This document shows positions 51,530 through 64,000 of a DNA stretch of 64,000 nt, piece by piece. Both the position numbers and the translations under genes were made by a program. Below the pieces are notes generated by a model, which did no database searches, had not been told where the DNA came from, and saw nothing but the letters and a program-made list of their open reading frames with translations. Source of the stretch: Octopus bimaculoides (Eukaryota); contig NC_069000.1 in the NCBI RefSeq assembly GCF_001194135.2, positions 21,724,292-21,788,291 of the forward strand, given 5' to 3'. Position 1 is the first letter of the stretch. Each line of letters begins with the position of its first letter.

Positions 51530-51905
51530 TTTCACTTGTTTCAGTCATTACACTGTGGCCATGCTGGGGCACTGCCTTGAGGAATTTTAGTCACATGAAT
51601 TGACCTGTGTACTTAGTTTTTTTAAAGATTGGTACTTATTTTGTCAATTTCTTTTGCTGAACCACTAAGTTACAGGGATGTAAACACACCAATACCAGTT
51701 GTCAAGTGATGGTAGTGGGGAAAACAGACATAAAGACACACACACACACACAATGGGCTTATATCAGTTTCCATCTACCAAATCTACTTACAAGGCTTTG
51801 GTTGGCCTGAGGCTATAGTAGAAAACACTTGGCCAAGGTGCCATGCAATGGGACTGAACCCAGAACCATGTGATTGGGAAGCAAACTTCTTACCACACAA
51901 CCATA
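51530..51905 (-). mobile_element. SINE family A1, full length
   Basis: Colinear with the consensus; flanked by partial + copies at ~50875-51040 and ~51950-52095. Confidence 0.85.
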
Positions 51906-52329
51906 TCTGCACTTTATGTGTATGTTTGAGACATGTATACTTGTGAGTGCAGCATAGCTTGTTTAGTTAAGAAGTTTACTTAGCAACCCCATGATTTTTG
52001 TTCACTCCCTCTGTGCACTCGGTTAGCACACGTATTCTACAATAGTCTTGGATTATGAAAAGTTTTGTTGGAGATGGAAACTATGTGGAAGCCTGTTGGA
52101 ATAATCCCTCTTGGTTTTGGAGATGATAGTCTTAATCCATCACTCAATTTAACACCACCAACTTGGCCCCTTGATGCTTTATTATTAATTTAATAGTTGT
52201 CCAAACTTCAAGTTGTTGTTTTGACCCAGGTCAAGCCTAATCAAGTCCATTTATGAGCAGAGCATTTCTTCCATCATCATCTTACTGTATTTTCTGGTAG
52301 TATGTTCTCGACTAAATTATTCAGCTGAA

Positions 52330-52585
52330 ATTGTAGTCATGGCCAGTGCCAGTAACATGTGAAAGGAGCCCATGTTGGTGACACATGAGAAGCACCCGTG
52401 CTAGTGACACATAACAGACACCCAGTACCCTCTGTGGAGTGGTTGGCATTAGGAAGGGCATCCAGGTGTAGAAACCTTGCCAAAACTGACTGGAGCCCGG
52501 TGCAGCTCTCCAGCTTATCAGCTCTAGTCAAACCATCTAACTCATCTCTGCCTGAAAAACAGGTGCTAAATGATGATGATGATTA
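52330..52585 (+). mobile_element. RTE-type LINE 3' end; further tails ~16275-16375, 18805-18950, 21330-21510, 53395-53545, 63600-63720
   Basis: TGGTTGGCATTAGGAAGGGCATCCAG..GTAGAAACC..(GAT)n. Confidence 0.75.
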
Positions 52586-53089
52586 TGATGTCCTTCCATT
52601 TTTAGTGTTTAAAACCAGCCACATCCGACTCAAATATTCTACCTGCTTAACATTGAAACTGACTAAATTTGGCCTCTCATATCTACCCTACAATGTCATT
52701 CTAAAAATAAGCTATCACATCATCAAAATCTTGAAGCTACGGGGTAATGCATGATTAATTCAAAACAATGTGAATAAATAATCATTAAAATTTGTCAGAG
52801 TAATCCAAATGCTAAAGGGTTAAACAGAGTTTGCTTTGTTGTAAGTATTCAGGCAAGGTTGTTGATCCAACGATCAAACCCCAGCTCCTTTCTTCCACAA
52901 ATCTTGGGGGCCTTCTGAAAGCTTATAGTTACTACTATGGATGTAAGTCAATGCAGTGTGTGTGCATAAAAGCTTAACTGCCACTTGCAAGTGGATATGA
53001 CCTGATAAAACAATGGTGGAAAATTAATTGTGTCAGATATGTATCTAGTCGCAGACAGACATAGACACCCACTTGCCCTTGAAACAGTG

Positions 53090-53280
53090 GAACATTGAAG
53101 ATATAGCTGGATAGAGAGGGTTGCACTAGCAGTCAACCGGTAATCATTTTCACCTGAATAGTCTGGAGGTATGTGAAATTGTGTTCCTTGCTCAAGGACA
53201 CAGCACACCACCTCACTCAGGAATCAAGCCCACAACCTTATGGTTGTGAGCTCAATGCTCTAACCATGAGGCCACACACT
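53090..53280 (-). mobile_element. tRNA-derived SINE, another family
   Basis: Minus strand GTGGCCTCATGGTTAGAGCA..GGCTTGATTCC..GTGTCCTTGAGCAAG. Confidence 0.7.
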
Positions 53281-54156
53281 TTTCACACGTGCATGCACAC
53301 AAACATTCATATATTGAATATATGTATGCATGTCTGTGGGTGAGTGTGATCTACAGTGTATACATATATACTGTTGTGTGCGCATGTATACGTATCATCA
53401 GTTAATGTCTGTTTTCTATGCTGGCACAGGTTGAACAGTTTGACAGGGGCTGGCTAGGCAGAAGACCACACCAGGCTTCACTGTCTGTTTTGGCAGGGGT
53501 TTTATGGCTGGATGCCCTTCCTAACACCAACCACCTTACAGACTGTACATATATGTATATATTTGCATGCCTATGTGCATATTTGTGTGTCTGTGTGAAT
53601 ACATATAGGCATCTATGGTACATGCTTTTTCTTTTGGGTGAGGGTACGTGAATGAGTGTATGTTTGAGTGCCTCTGAATATGCGTGCTATTGCTGTATAG
53701 CCCTAGGCTAACTCTGGTTATACAGACTTATAAGACATTCCAGCTACAACCATCTTTTTTGTACACATTTTAAAATTGCATTATCAAATAAAATCCCTAC
53801 CGTTCTTTTTAAATAGTAAGATGTGATATAAGAGATTTGGCTGCTATTTCTGGCAGGTGGAGGGACCATGTAGAAACTCCTCATCGGTTTGTGGAAGCAT
53901 GCATTTCTATGTCTGTGCATGTATGTGTATAGAGATATGTGACTGAATGATTATATGTCTGAATGCGTACGTTTGTAAGTGATCTCTATATATATGCCTG
54001 CATATCTCTCGGCATTTGCGTGTATGTGTGTAGATTTAAAAAAAAAAAAAGGCTGGAATAAAACTAACTGTAGTAAAAGGAAAGATGGATGCAGGTAAAT
54101 TGATGAAGTGGAAGGAAAGAGGAGTGTGAAGGTAGCCCTGGCCGTGCGTGCACGTG

Positions 54157-54190
<34 letters not shown>

Positions 54191-54380
54191 TGTGTGTGTG
54201 TGTGTGTGTAAATCAATTGATGTTTGGCTCAACTCCAGACGGAAGGTGCATAAGTATCCACTGCACCATTACTTCATAGCATCATCGCAGTAAACTACTG
54301 TGCAATCTGATGTTTTAGCAGGGAGGTGGAGGTAGAACAGAAAAAGAGTGGGGGAGGGTATGTGTATGTATATATATATA

Positions 54381-54427
<47 letters not shown>

Positions 54428-54722
54428 ATATATATGCATATACACACACACACGTACACATACACATGTGTGTGTGTGTGTGTGATTTCAGAGGGAGAGA
54501 TTTGTTCAGCAGAAGGAGTCTTAGACGAGAGTGGGGGGTGGGGGTGGAGATGTTTGGAAGAAGAGAGAACAAAAGTGAAGGGGAGGGTCACATGGTCACA
54601 TGTTGAGTTGAGGAGAGAGGGAGTGAGAGAGAGAAAGAGAGATTGAAGCAGTTGGGGAGAGATGAAAAAGAGAGAGACAGATTTACGCAGAGGATAACAC
54701 AGATGGACATATGCAGAGTGAG

Positions 54723-54753
<31 letters not shown>

Positions 54754-54961
54754 CACACGCAGGTAAAAAAAGTGACTTGATTCATATAGAGTGCAAGACA
54801 TGCATGCAGAGAGAGAGAGAGAGAGAGAGAGAAATGGATAGGGTGGAGCACACATAAACAGAAGGATACAAAGAAAAAGGAAGGGAAAATTGGTGAAAGA
54901 AAGAAAGCAGAGAGAGGAAGAGCGAGAGAATTTTTTAAATAATGTCTTAGAGTAGGATGTC

Positions 54962-55094
54962 CATGTGTCCTTTCACGGTTTCTGCAACTGGGTTGGAGGT
55001 AGAAGTTAACCTCAGATGAGACATGTGGCCCAAATGTTTGCAGCCGGGCAGACTCTGTTAAAGTCAGCCGAGGCCAGTTGGTGGTGTTCATTTG
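54962..55094. promoter_or_regulatory. E-box (CANNTG) cluster, candidate bHLH enhancer
   Basis: Seven E-boxes at 54962, 54985, 55013, 55022, 55031, 55075, 55089 in unique sequence. Confidence 0.4.
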
Positions 55095-55671
55095 GATGAC
55101 ATGCTTAGAGAGAGAGATGTCTGCAGAGAACATAAGAAAGTGCAAGAAATAGAGAGAGAGAGAGAGAGAGAGATGCACACATATACAGAAAGAGACATTG
55201 AGAAACTTGCATATAGGAAGGCTAAAGAGAGAGTACAAGAGTTGCATACAGAGATGTATGGAAAGAGAGAGGGACGGACATACAGATAGTGAAATATATA
55301 GGTATATTTACTGATATATATGATGAGAGGAAGAGAAAGATATGTACATGTGTGTGTGTCTGTGTGAGAAAGAGAGAGAGAGAGGGACTTGTCTGCAGAG
55401 ATGTATGGAGACAAACAGGCAGATGAAACGTTACTTGTAGTTACTGTCTTAGTAATGAGTTAGCACTAGTGTAAATAAAATAAACTGGCATTTTGTGTCT
55501 AGTGTAGTGCTGGTTGTGGAGTGTAGTGACATTGGTGGTAGTGGTGGTCATGGTGAGAGCTGCAACACATTTCAGAAGTAAAAGGAAGAAGAGGAGGAAA
55601 CTAAAGAATTCTGTGTAGAAACAGCAAAATGAAACTGAAGTGCCATCTTTTTTTATTTCATTCTGCTTGAA

Positions 55672-55704
<33 letters not shown>

Positions 55705-55707
55705 AAG

Positions 55708-55751
<44 letters not shown>

Positions 55752-57475
55752 GGGGTGGGTGGTTAGACATGTGTCTGTCTAAGCATAATTTTGTGTTTGT
55801 GTATCTGCTCTAGGCATGTGTGAGTGTGTGTAAAGACATATATGTTTATGTGTGTGCATGTGTAAGAATATATGTTCTTGTGGGCAGGTGTGTGTAGGAA
55901 TGTATGCTCATGTGTGCAGGTGTGTGTGTGTAGGAATGTGTGCAGGTGTGTGTGTGTGCAGGTATCTATGCAGTCCCATGATAGCTTCTTGTAATAGTCC
56001 ATCTGCCCAGCTTGCAACCACCTGTAGAAAGATGCAGGCTGGCATAGTGTGGCTGCCCACTCAATCAGTCTATGGTCTGTGGTCATCAGGCATGGAGTTG
56101 TCTTGCTTATATCTCTTTTTTATTAATTGCTTGGTGGCATGGTAGTGAAGTAGTGTTTAGGGTTGGTAGAATGACAATATACAGTCACAGCACTTGCAGG
56201 TAGCTCAAATAATATCTTTTTTTATGAATTGTCAAAGATGTTTCTCAATGCTTATATGAGAAAGAAAATTTTAATATCCATCATCTCACTCACCTGCCTT
56301 GTGTTATCGTACCTAAGTAGAAACCTTTTTCCCACCTTGACCTAACCACTGGTAGCTTATTTCCTCATTTATTCTCCCAGTCCCTCACCTATCCAACCAG
56401 TTGGCTAAGTTTGGTGCAACACATTACGATCTATCTGTCTATTTATCTATTTGTCTGTCTGCCTGTCTAACTATGTCTATATTTAGAAATATATAGACAT
56501 ATGTGTCTATCTATATCTAATCTGTCTGTCTATGTCTATTGATCTGTCTGCCTGTCTCTCTATCCATCTATCTGCTTATCTGTCTGTCTTTCTGTCTATC
56601 TGTCTTTCTGCCTGTCTGTCTATTTGCCTGTCCGCCTGTCTATTTATCTATCTGTCTATCTGTCTGTCTAACTATTTCTACGTCTGTCTATCCACACACA
56701 CACACACACACACACACCAGTCAATCATCGGTCTGTGTATCCACACACACACACACCAATCTCTCTATATATTCATCCATATTTCCATGTATACATATGT
56801 CTATCCATCCATCCATATATATATATACACGCACACACACGCACACACACCCATCTATCCATATATGTGTCTATTCGTCTATATATTTCTACACCTGTCT
56901 ACCCATGTTTTCTGTTCATCTGCATACTGCATATCCGTTATATATATATATATATATATCCATATAACTGTCTCACAGTCTGTTGCTGTACCTTATTTGT
57001 GCGTTATATCTGGTTTATCTGTCATAATGACCCACCACCCCCAGTACAAAAATCATTGTAAAGGTCAGGGAGGGATCTTGTGCCCTTGTCTACAATAACA
57101 GTGATGATGACAATGACACTGTCTGCTGCTGCTGTTTGTCTGTTCTAGGTGGCGCCAGTGAATGCCTGGCATTGGTGCTGTCGTTGCAGACAGCTTGATC
57201 GTCTGCACTTACTATGATTTTTTTTTTTTTTTTTTGTGGCAATAATTATAAGAGTAATGGTAATGATAATGAAAATAATGATTGTAATAATAACAATAAC
57301 AATAATTATGAAGATGATTTCTTTAATAATAATTGTATTAATGACTATATGGAATGATAATACACACCAATATCTTTGTCAATTTCATCTCTTTTTCTCT
57401 TATAACTACTTCTCTCTCTCTCTCTCCACACATACACACACACACAGTCTCTCTACATGCACACACACACACACA

Positions 57476-57526
<51 letters not shown>

Positions 57527-58038
57527 AATGTATACACATACACACACTAAATATAATGCGCAATTGTGCATTTACATACATTATAGAAATTGGATGGAAT
57601 GTTTGAGTTTGAGAGAAGAATAGTAACACCAGACAGAAGGATGGTCTACGTAAAACTCGGAAAATTGCAATAACAGAAGTATAAAAAAAAAAAACAAAAA
57701 AAAAATTACCAGTCGGCAAACAAGGAATGGTAAAAAAAAAAAGAAAGATGACAGAAATGTCAAAAGGGGAATGACAAAATAATATTAATGATTAAGGATA
57801 CCTATATAGAAAGAAAAAATTAAATTGACAGGAATAACTGAATGAATGAATGAAGAAATCACAAAGGAAAGAAGAAAAAGTATAAACAGCATGAGAGGTC
57901 ACACACATACATAGACACACATTTATGCGTATTTGTGTGTGCGTGTATATATTTTCTCTCTTACATTTCATCTTCTCTCTATAGTGATTTTGTTCTTTTG
58001 CTCATTTACTTAAGTTTGTGTGTGTATGTATGTGTATA

Positions 58039-58085
<47 letters not shown>

Positions 58086-58314
58086 GTATGTATGCACACA
58101 CATGTATACAAGCATGTATGTATGTATGTATGTGAGTGTTGCACATTCACATATATATAGTCACAAATAGTGAATTATACATACATACATATATATATAT
58201 GCACGTACGTATACTTGCAGTTTCCTCAAGAAACCTCGCAGAGGAAATATTTTTCAAGTCAGCAGACAATATGTACATAGCAAAATGGAATTAATTATAT
58301 ATATCATAAAATCA

Positions 58315-58516
58315 TTACTGCTTCTCCTGCTGTCGTTGCTGCTGCTGCTGCTTCTGTTGAAATGACCATGCACTTAATGATGATGTTGATACTGGTGTTG
58401 GCGGTGCTCCTCTTGATGATGTTTTCTGCAGTGTTACAGACGACAACGACGATGATGATGATGATGATGATGTTGATGATGATGATTGCATTGCTGATAC
58501 CTGGCGGCTTACTATG
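58315..58516 (-). CDS. Candidate terminal exon encoding a Ser/Gln-rich 66-aa tail (IVSRQVSAMQSSSS..GAPPTPVST..QQKQQQQQRQQEKQ*)
   Basis: Acceptor TTTTGTTTTTCTGTCCTACCTTTCATCTGTTAG|, tandem stops TAA TGA; low complexity lowers confidence. Confidence 0.3.
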
Positions 58517-58569
58517 CTAACAGATGAAAGGTAGGACAGAAAAACAAAATTAAACACTCCAATGCTGTC

Positions 58570-59485
58570 AACATCTCTGCAACTATTATCACTTGTCATC
58601 ATCATAATCATTGTTGTCATCAGTATTACTACCATCATCATCGTTATCATTAACTGCAGCTGTAGTGCACTTATACAACATTATCAACGTCATTATTAAT
58701 ATCACCATCATCGTTGTTTCCATCATGCACCACCGCCACCACCACTGTCACCACTCATCATCATCATCATCATCTTCATCGTCATCATTGTTCCTTTTAT
58801 TATCAACTTCATCACTAATGAGTGAACAAAGGATCTTCTTTGTAGTTGATCAACCTGCAAAAAATAACTGTTCACATCTCCCTCAGACCACACCCCGCCA
58901 TCTTAAAGGAAAAGGACCTGTTGAATAATGCAGTCTTAGGTACATTAAGCCTGGAAAAAAAAAGGCACCCCCTAGATAGGACCATCATGGCTGGACTGTG
59001 CTTGATCAAGGCTGTTACAGGGCTAAACTACAACTTCTCCAATACGATCACATGTCAACATTTCCACCAGCATTTCCACCGTCAGTGTTATTGTCATCAC
59101 TACAGTTTTACACTGTTATTATCAACTTTGACATTATATCATCATGTTAACATTTCCGTCATCATCATCACTGTTACCGTCAACATTTCCACTGTAATTC
59201 TTATCATTATCACAATCATCATCCCTATTATCAACCTCGCCATTATTACCATCACATGTCAGCATTTCCGTCGTTATCACTATTACCGTCAACTTTGCCT
59301 ACACTGTTATCACCATCATTATTACCATCAACACTGCCATTAACATCGCATGTTAACTCCATCATCACCATCATCCTGATCATCATAAGAATCAGAATCG
59401 TTAGCAGTAGCACAGTTGGCGTTGCCATCTTCATCATAATAATAATAATCTTCAGTAATATCATTCAGTAGTGATTGCTACCATC
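58570..59485. repeat. Cryptically simple (ATC)/(CAT)-rich low-complexity region
   Basis: Direct reading; source of several spurious ORFs. Confidence 0.85.
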
Positions 59486-59578
59486 ATACTATAACTAATC
59501 ACATAATACTTTATTCAAATGTAAAGTGTACTGTGTAATTTCATACATATATACATAAAAAAAAAAAAAATACACACA

Positions 59579-59640
<62 letters not shown>

Positions 59641-60793
59641 CTAGCTTGCTTATGATTAACCATCATATTCGATGACAACAATCTCTTCTATCAACTGCGA
59701 ATTCTCTAATGACTATACTTTTTAAAGAGTAGCAGTAACAGGTGATATAAGTGTATGGACAACTGTAGGATTGTGACTGTTACTATCGCCTGTGCCAAAC
59801 CTACCATATGCCTTCATGAGCAAAGAAGCTACAGAAGTGGTGGTGTCTCGTCATTGCGTGATACACTGACTGCCACAAAAGTCTCCACCACTGAGATCCA
59901 AGTTCCAGTGATACACATTGCAGGAGATGTTACCAGTCCACTGAAGTGTTATAGTGTTCTTTAAGTTTTTCATTGGTATGGATTTCTCAGTATCACAGTC
60001 TTCTCTGTGAAAGGGATAGAGATCCTTAGGTGGTCAAAATAAGGCTGATACCCCTCCTCCCACTGCGCCAAACTGCCAGAAGCTTCCTGGAATCCAGTTC
60101 GTTAGAAACAGCCTTAAAGCTAACTTCCATAGCTTGTTTTTTTTTCCCCTCTTTTTCTCAAGATGCACTCTTGTAAACTTTGTCTTCTGGGGTTCACCCA
60201 CAAGGCAGCAAGACAGTGCTTATAGGTCAGTTTCATCATAGCTAAGGTGCTCTATCTACTCTTCTCCTAAATAAACCTGCTAGGTTACTATGTGACTGGT
60301 AACTTGTTACATGGGATCAACAGTGAGTAAACTAGTACTCACCATCTGGTTAACCTATTGAAGATGGTTATTGAAACTCCATCAGGACCCAAAAGACTAT
60401 GACCTGTCTGAAGGATAGATGAACCCAGTATATAAGGTCAATAAGAATCTTGCAATAGTATACGAGGACATAGAAATACTAGAGATAATAAGTGAGTGTG
60501 CTGTATGATCCCATAAGAAGTGACATTCTTCCAATCCTTATCAGAACACACATAAATGCATTCACCATTCTTATTTTTAGATCTTCTTCAGTGTAGACTG
60601 GGCAAAATTAATTGAGGCAGTATTTTATGTTTGCATGCTTTACCTATTGCCAATTCTTTCTTGATTTTTCAAGTAAAGTATTCTTATTCTACTATGAAAC
60701 CAAATTCACTGAACTACAGAGTGCACTGTTTACTGGAGATGAAATATGTTCACCTCCGTTCAAATGATGTTGGTGTGAAAATATGTCGACACA

Positions 60794-60862
<69 letters not shown>

Positions 60863-61004
60863 GCTCATGCCAGACAGGCTTCTGTAAAAGTCTAGACTAA
60901 TGAGTTATATCAATTAAAAACAGTAAATCAAATTTATATTAATATAAAGAATCTTAGGTAAAGGCCTCTGTGATCAACATTTGTTCCATAAATAGTTGTA
61001 TGCA

Positions 61005-61385
61005 TGGCTGTGTAGTAAGAAGTTTGCTTCCTAACCACATGGTTCCAAATTCAGTCCCACTGCATGGTACCTATGGCAAGTGTCTTTTACTATAACCTCA
61101 GGTTGACCAAAACCTTGTTGTGAGTGGATTTGGTTGATAGAGATTGAAAGAAGCCAGTTGCTTATATCTGTGTATGTGTGTGTCTGTGTTTGACCACCAC
61201 CACTTGACATCCAGTGTTGGTGTGTTTATGTCCCAGTAACTTAGTGGTCCAGCAGAAGGTATTGACAGAATAAGTACCAGGCTATAACAATAAAATAAAA
61301 ACTGCAATTAAGTCATTCAACTAAAATTCTTCAAGGTGGTGCCCCAGCATGACCATAGTCGAATGACTGAAACAAGTTAAAGATA
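61005..61385 (+). mobile_element. SINE family A1, full length
   Basis: TGGCTGTGTAGTAAG head to GACTGAAACAAGTTAAAGA tail. Confidence 0.85.
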
Positions 61386-61859
61386 TTACATACCAGGATG
61401 AGAGGATAAGAACAGAAAGAGCAGAATACTGGAAGAAAACCAATTTTGATTTTTATAGAAAGATTTAAGCTCTTGATTTCTAGTTCAAGGGCAGTAACTT
61501 CCTTTGTGGCATTTGTTTTTTTTTTTCACAGCATCTTCCATTCTTGCCCCACATGTAGGCAGATAGAGATGTGTGTTCACGTATGCATCTATTCATCCTT
61601 CAGCATGACATACAAATGTATTGCACATTTTATGTTCATAGGTGTATACAAATTGAACTTGCATGCATTTGCATGCTTATCTAGATACACACGTGTTCAC
61701 ACTGGCCTTTCATAAAAGAAAAAGATGCCACAAGAAAAGTTATCCTCTTAGGTCAATAATTGAGAACCAAAATCCTTTGTCAAAAATCAAAAGTTTTTCT
61801 CAGAATACTTTGTTGTTATATGATTAATGAATTAGAATTAATATAATATCTTTTAGTTT

Positions 61860-62059
61860 TTATTTGTTTCAGTCTTGAGATTGTGGCCATCCTGGGGCAC
61901 TGCCTTGAAGGGTTTTCATCAAAAAAATTTACCACAGTACTTACTTTTAAGCTTAGTACTATTCTATCAGTCTCTTTCTACTGAACTGTTAAGTTAGAAG
62001 AATGTTAACAAACCAAAACAGGTTGTCAAATAGTGGTGGGGAACAAACACTAAGATACA

Positions 62060-62109
<50 letters not shown>

Positions 62110-62260
62110 ATACACACACACGCGCACACAATGGGCTTCTTTCAGTTTCCATCTTTGAAATCTACTCACAAGGCTTTGGTTGACCTTGTACTATAGTGAA
62201 AGACACAAGACCAATTTGTTGGTTAACAAGCTTCTTATACAATCATGCTCATGCCTATAT
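61860..62260 (-). mobile_element. SINE family A1, head partly deleted
   Basis: Reverse-complement tail and middle. Confidence 0.75.
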
Positions 62261-62469
62261 AAATTATAAGAAAACAAAATCATATAATTATTTCCATGAC
62301 AAACATTGTTGATGGAACCTTTTGCGATATTCTGTCTATAGATATAAAATTAGTTGATTTCATCATATTTCCTATATTCATATGACAGTGATTGACTGTC
62401 TTCAGGATTGATATACTTTGATGAACTTCATTATATAAGCTCATCATCACAGGACTTCCATCCATCCCT

Positions 62470-63110
62470 ACCCACAATTCCTTGAAGGGTCATGGGATTA
62501 GAGTCCTCAGGCACCTCCTCCATCTCCTCTACGGGTTGCTATCAAAAGCAGCTGTCATTAGGCTTTTTTGTTGGGTTCCCAAACAGGACCAACTGAGACT
62601 AAGAAGGGTAGACCATTGTTTTTGGTCTACCCTTAAGTCTTCTGCCAGTTGGCATGGCTTGAAAAATCTATGTTGCAATCCATTCTTGTGACATCCTAAT
62701 CATTCATCCATAATACTAGAGCTGTGATCTCTTAATTCAGAGAATTAGCTGTTTGACCTGGAGAGACCCCCTAGTCTCTGAGCTACAGGACCCTGTCAAG
62801 TAAGATTACCTTAGAAAAATTTCAGAGAAATCCCATTCCGGCCACTTGTTTCTGTGACAGTACTCTTTTGGTCATTACTCAACATTTATGATCCTAGGTG
62901 AGGAAATGCAACAGATGGTGCATTACTGTCAGTACCAGCAATTCTTGTTTCTAGTTCAGCCTTCTGCCCTCCATCACTTGTGAATATGACCCTGAGATAC
63001 TTAAACTTGCCTGCCACAAAACATGGTTCATCAACTATTTCCCATATTTTACTAGTGTGTATGTCCTTTAACAAAGCAAAAGCAACTTATACATCCATAG
63101 TGTCATCCAT
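62470..63110 (-). mobile_element. RTE (Rex3/Expander-like) LINE fragment
   Basis: KFKYLRVIFTSDGGQKAELETRIAG and PTGRRLKGRPKT..LSWSCLG. Confidence 0.8.
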
Positions 63111-63464
63111 TCTCACTTAGCATACACATATACATACATATACAAAGCACAAGATGATAACTTTCTCCTTCAACAACCAATAAAAGTCTAGTAGCAATTT
63201 CAAAGATCCTTTTGAGTTTTCTTTAATAGGGCTTGTTGTAAGGTGGTTTCTTTGCCCTTTGGATGACTGTATAGACTAGCTGTTGTCGCTCTAATCTCTT
63301 TTACCATCTGAAAATCAGTGGCGTAAAACTCAGAGTGATGATTAATAGTATTTTCAACTTCTCAAAGATATGATGAAACTCTACACTCATATTGAGTACA
63401 TCCTCTTCTCTGCTCCAGCACATTTCTCTATACTATGTCAAAAACGCACACACACACATGCCTG

Positions 63465-63555
<91 letters not shown>

Positions 63556-63813
63556 GCGCGCATGTCTTTTACTTGTTTCAGTCATTAGTGGTGAGCATTA
63601 GGACAAGCATCAAGCTGTAGAAACCATGCTGGAGCTGAGACATAGGGTGTGACATGGTACACCAATTCATTAGATCCTCCCATGCCAGCATGTAAAGTAG
63701 ACATTAAGGTGGTGGTGGTGGTGGAAAATGGTAGTTACAAGAAACACACACAGACACAATCCAGAAAACTCAATATATGTTCATAGTATACAATTGTGTG
63801 TGTATATATATAT

Positions 63814-64000
63814 ATCATCATCATCATCGTTTAACGTCCGCTTTCCATGCTAGCATGAGTTGGACGATTTGACTGAGGACTGGTGAAACCGGATGGCAAC
63901 ACCAGGCTCCAATCTAATTTGGCAGAGTTTCTACAGCTGGATGCCCTTCCTAACGCCAACCACTCAGAGAGTGTAGTGGGTGCTTTTACGTGTCACCCGC
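63814..64000 (-). mobile_element. Young RTE-type LINE 3' end, runs off the window
   Basis: About 98% identical to 2179-2365. Confidence 0.8.

Noticed and set aside
54245-54267. GGTGCA/TGCACC hairpin containing CAGTGG (IRE- or miRNA-like)
   Set aside because: The five bases flanking CAGUGN do not pair as an IRE requires, and the 6-bp stem is too short for a pre-miRNA
59755-60420. 69-aa ORF and GC-richer sequence
   Set aside because: No domain or convincing splice pair; probably an unclassified retroelement fragment

Overview
AT-rich, repeat-saturated eukaryotic DNA with six N gaps and dense microsatellites. The SINE/RTE/MITE repertoire looks like that of an octopod cephalopod (Octopus-like); this is an inference from recalled repeat families, not a search result. 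No complete or nameable host gene is visible. The window is probably intron or intergenic DNA with a few candidate exons (best: 44873-44952 +, 20638-20739 -, 58315-58516 -). It contains more than 30 tRNA-derived SINE copies from several families, many RTE-clade LINE fragments, decayed Tc1, pogo/Tigger, piggyBac and probable Gypsy coding relics, and hAT- and piggyBac-type MITEs. The most notable signal is four type I hammerhead-ribozyme motifs, all with a GUA cleavage triplet and a tiny helix III, in Penelope-like fragments. Two of them form a mirror-image pair inside a 139-bp inverted repeat (21843-22281). Also seen: a heat-shock-element array (48503-48550), dense E-box clusters (54151-55094) and SINEs that share a head but carry different tails. 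Most ORFs in the supplied track are microsatellite or N-gap artefacts.
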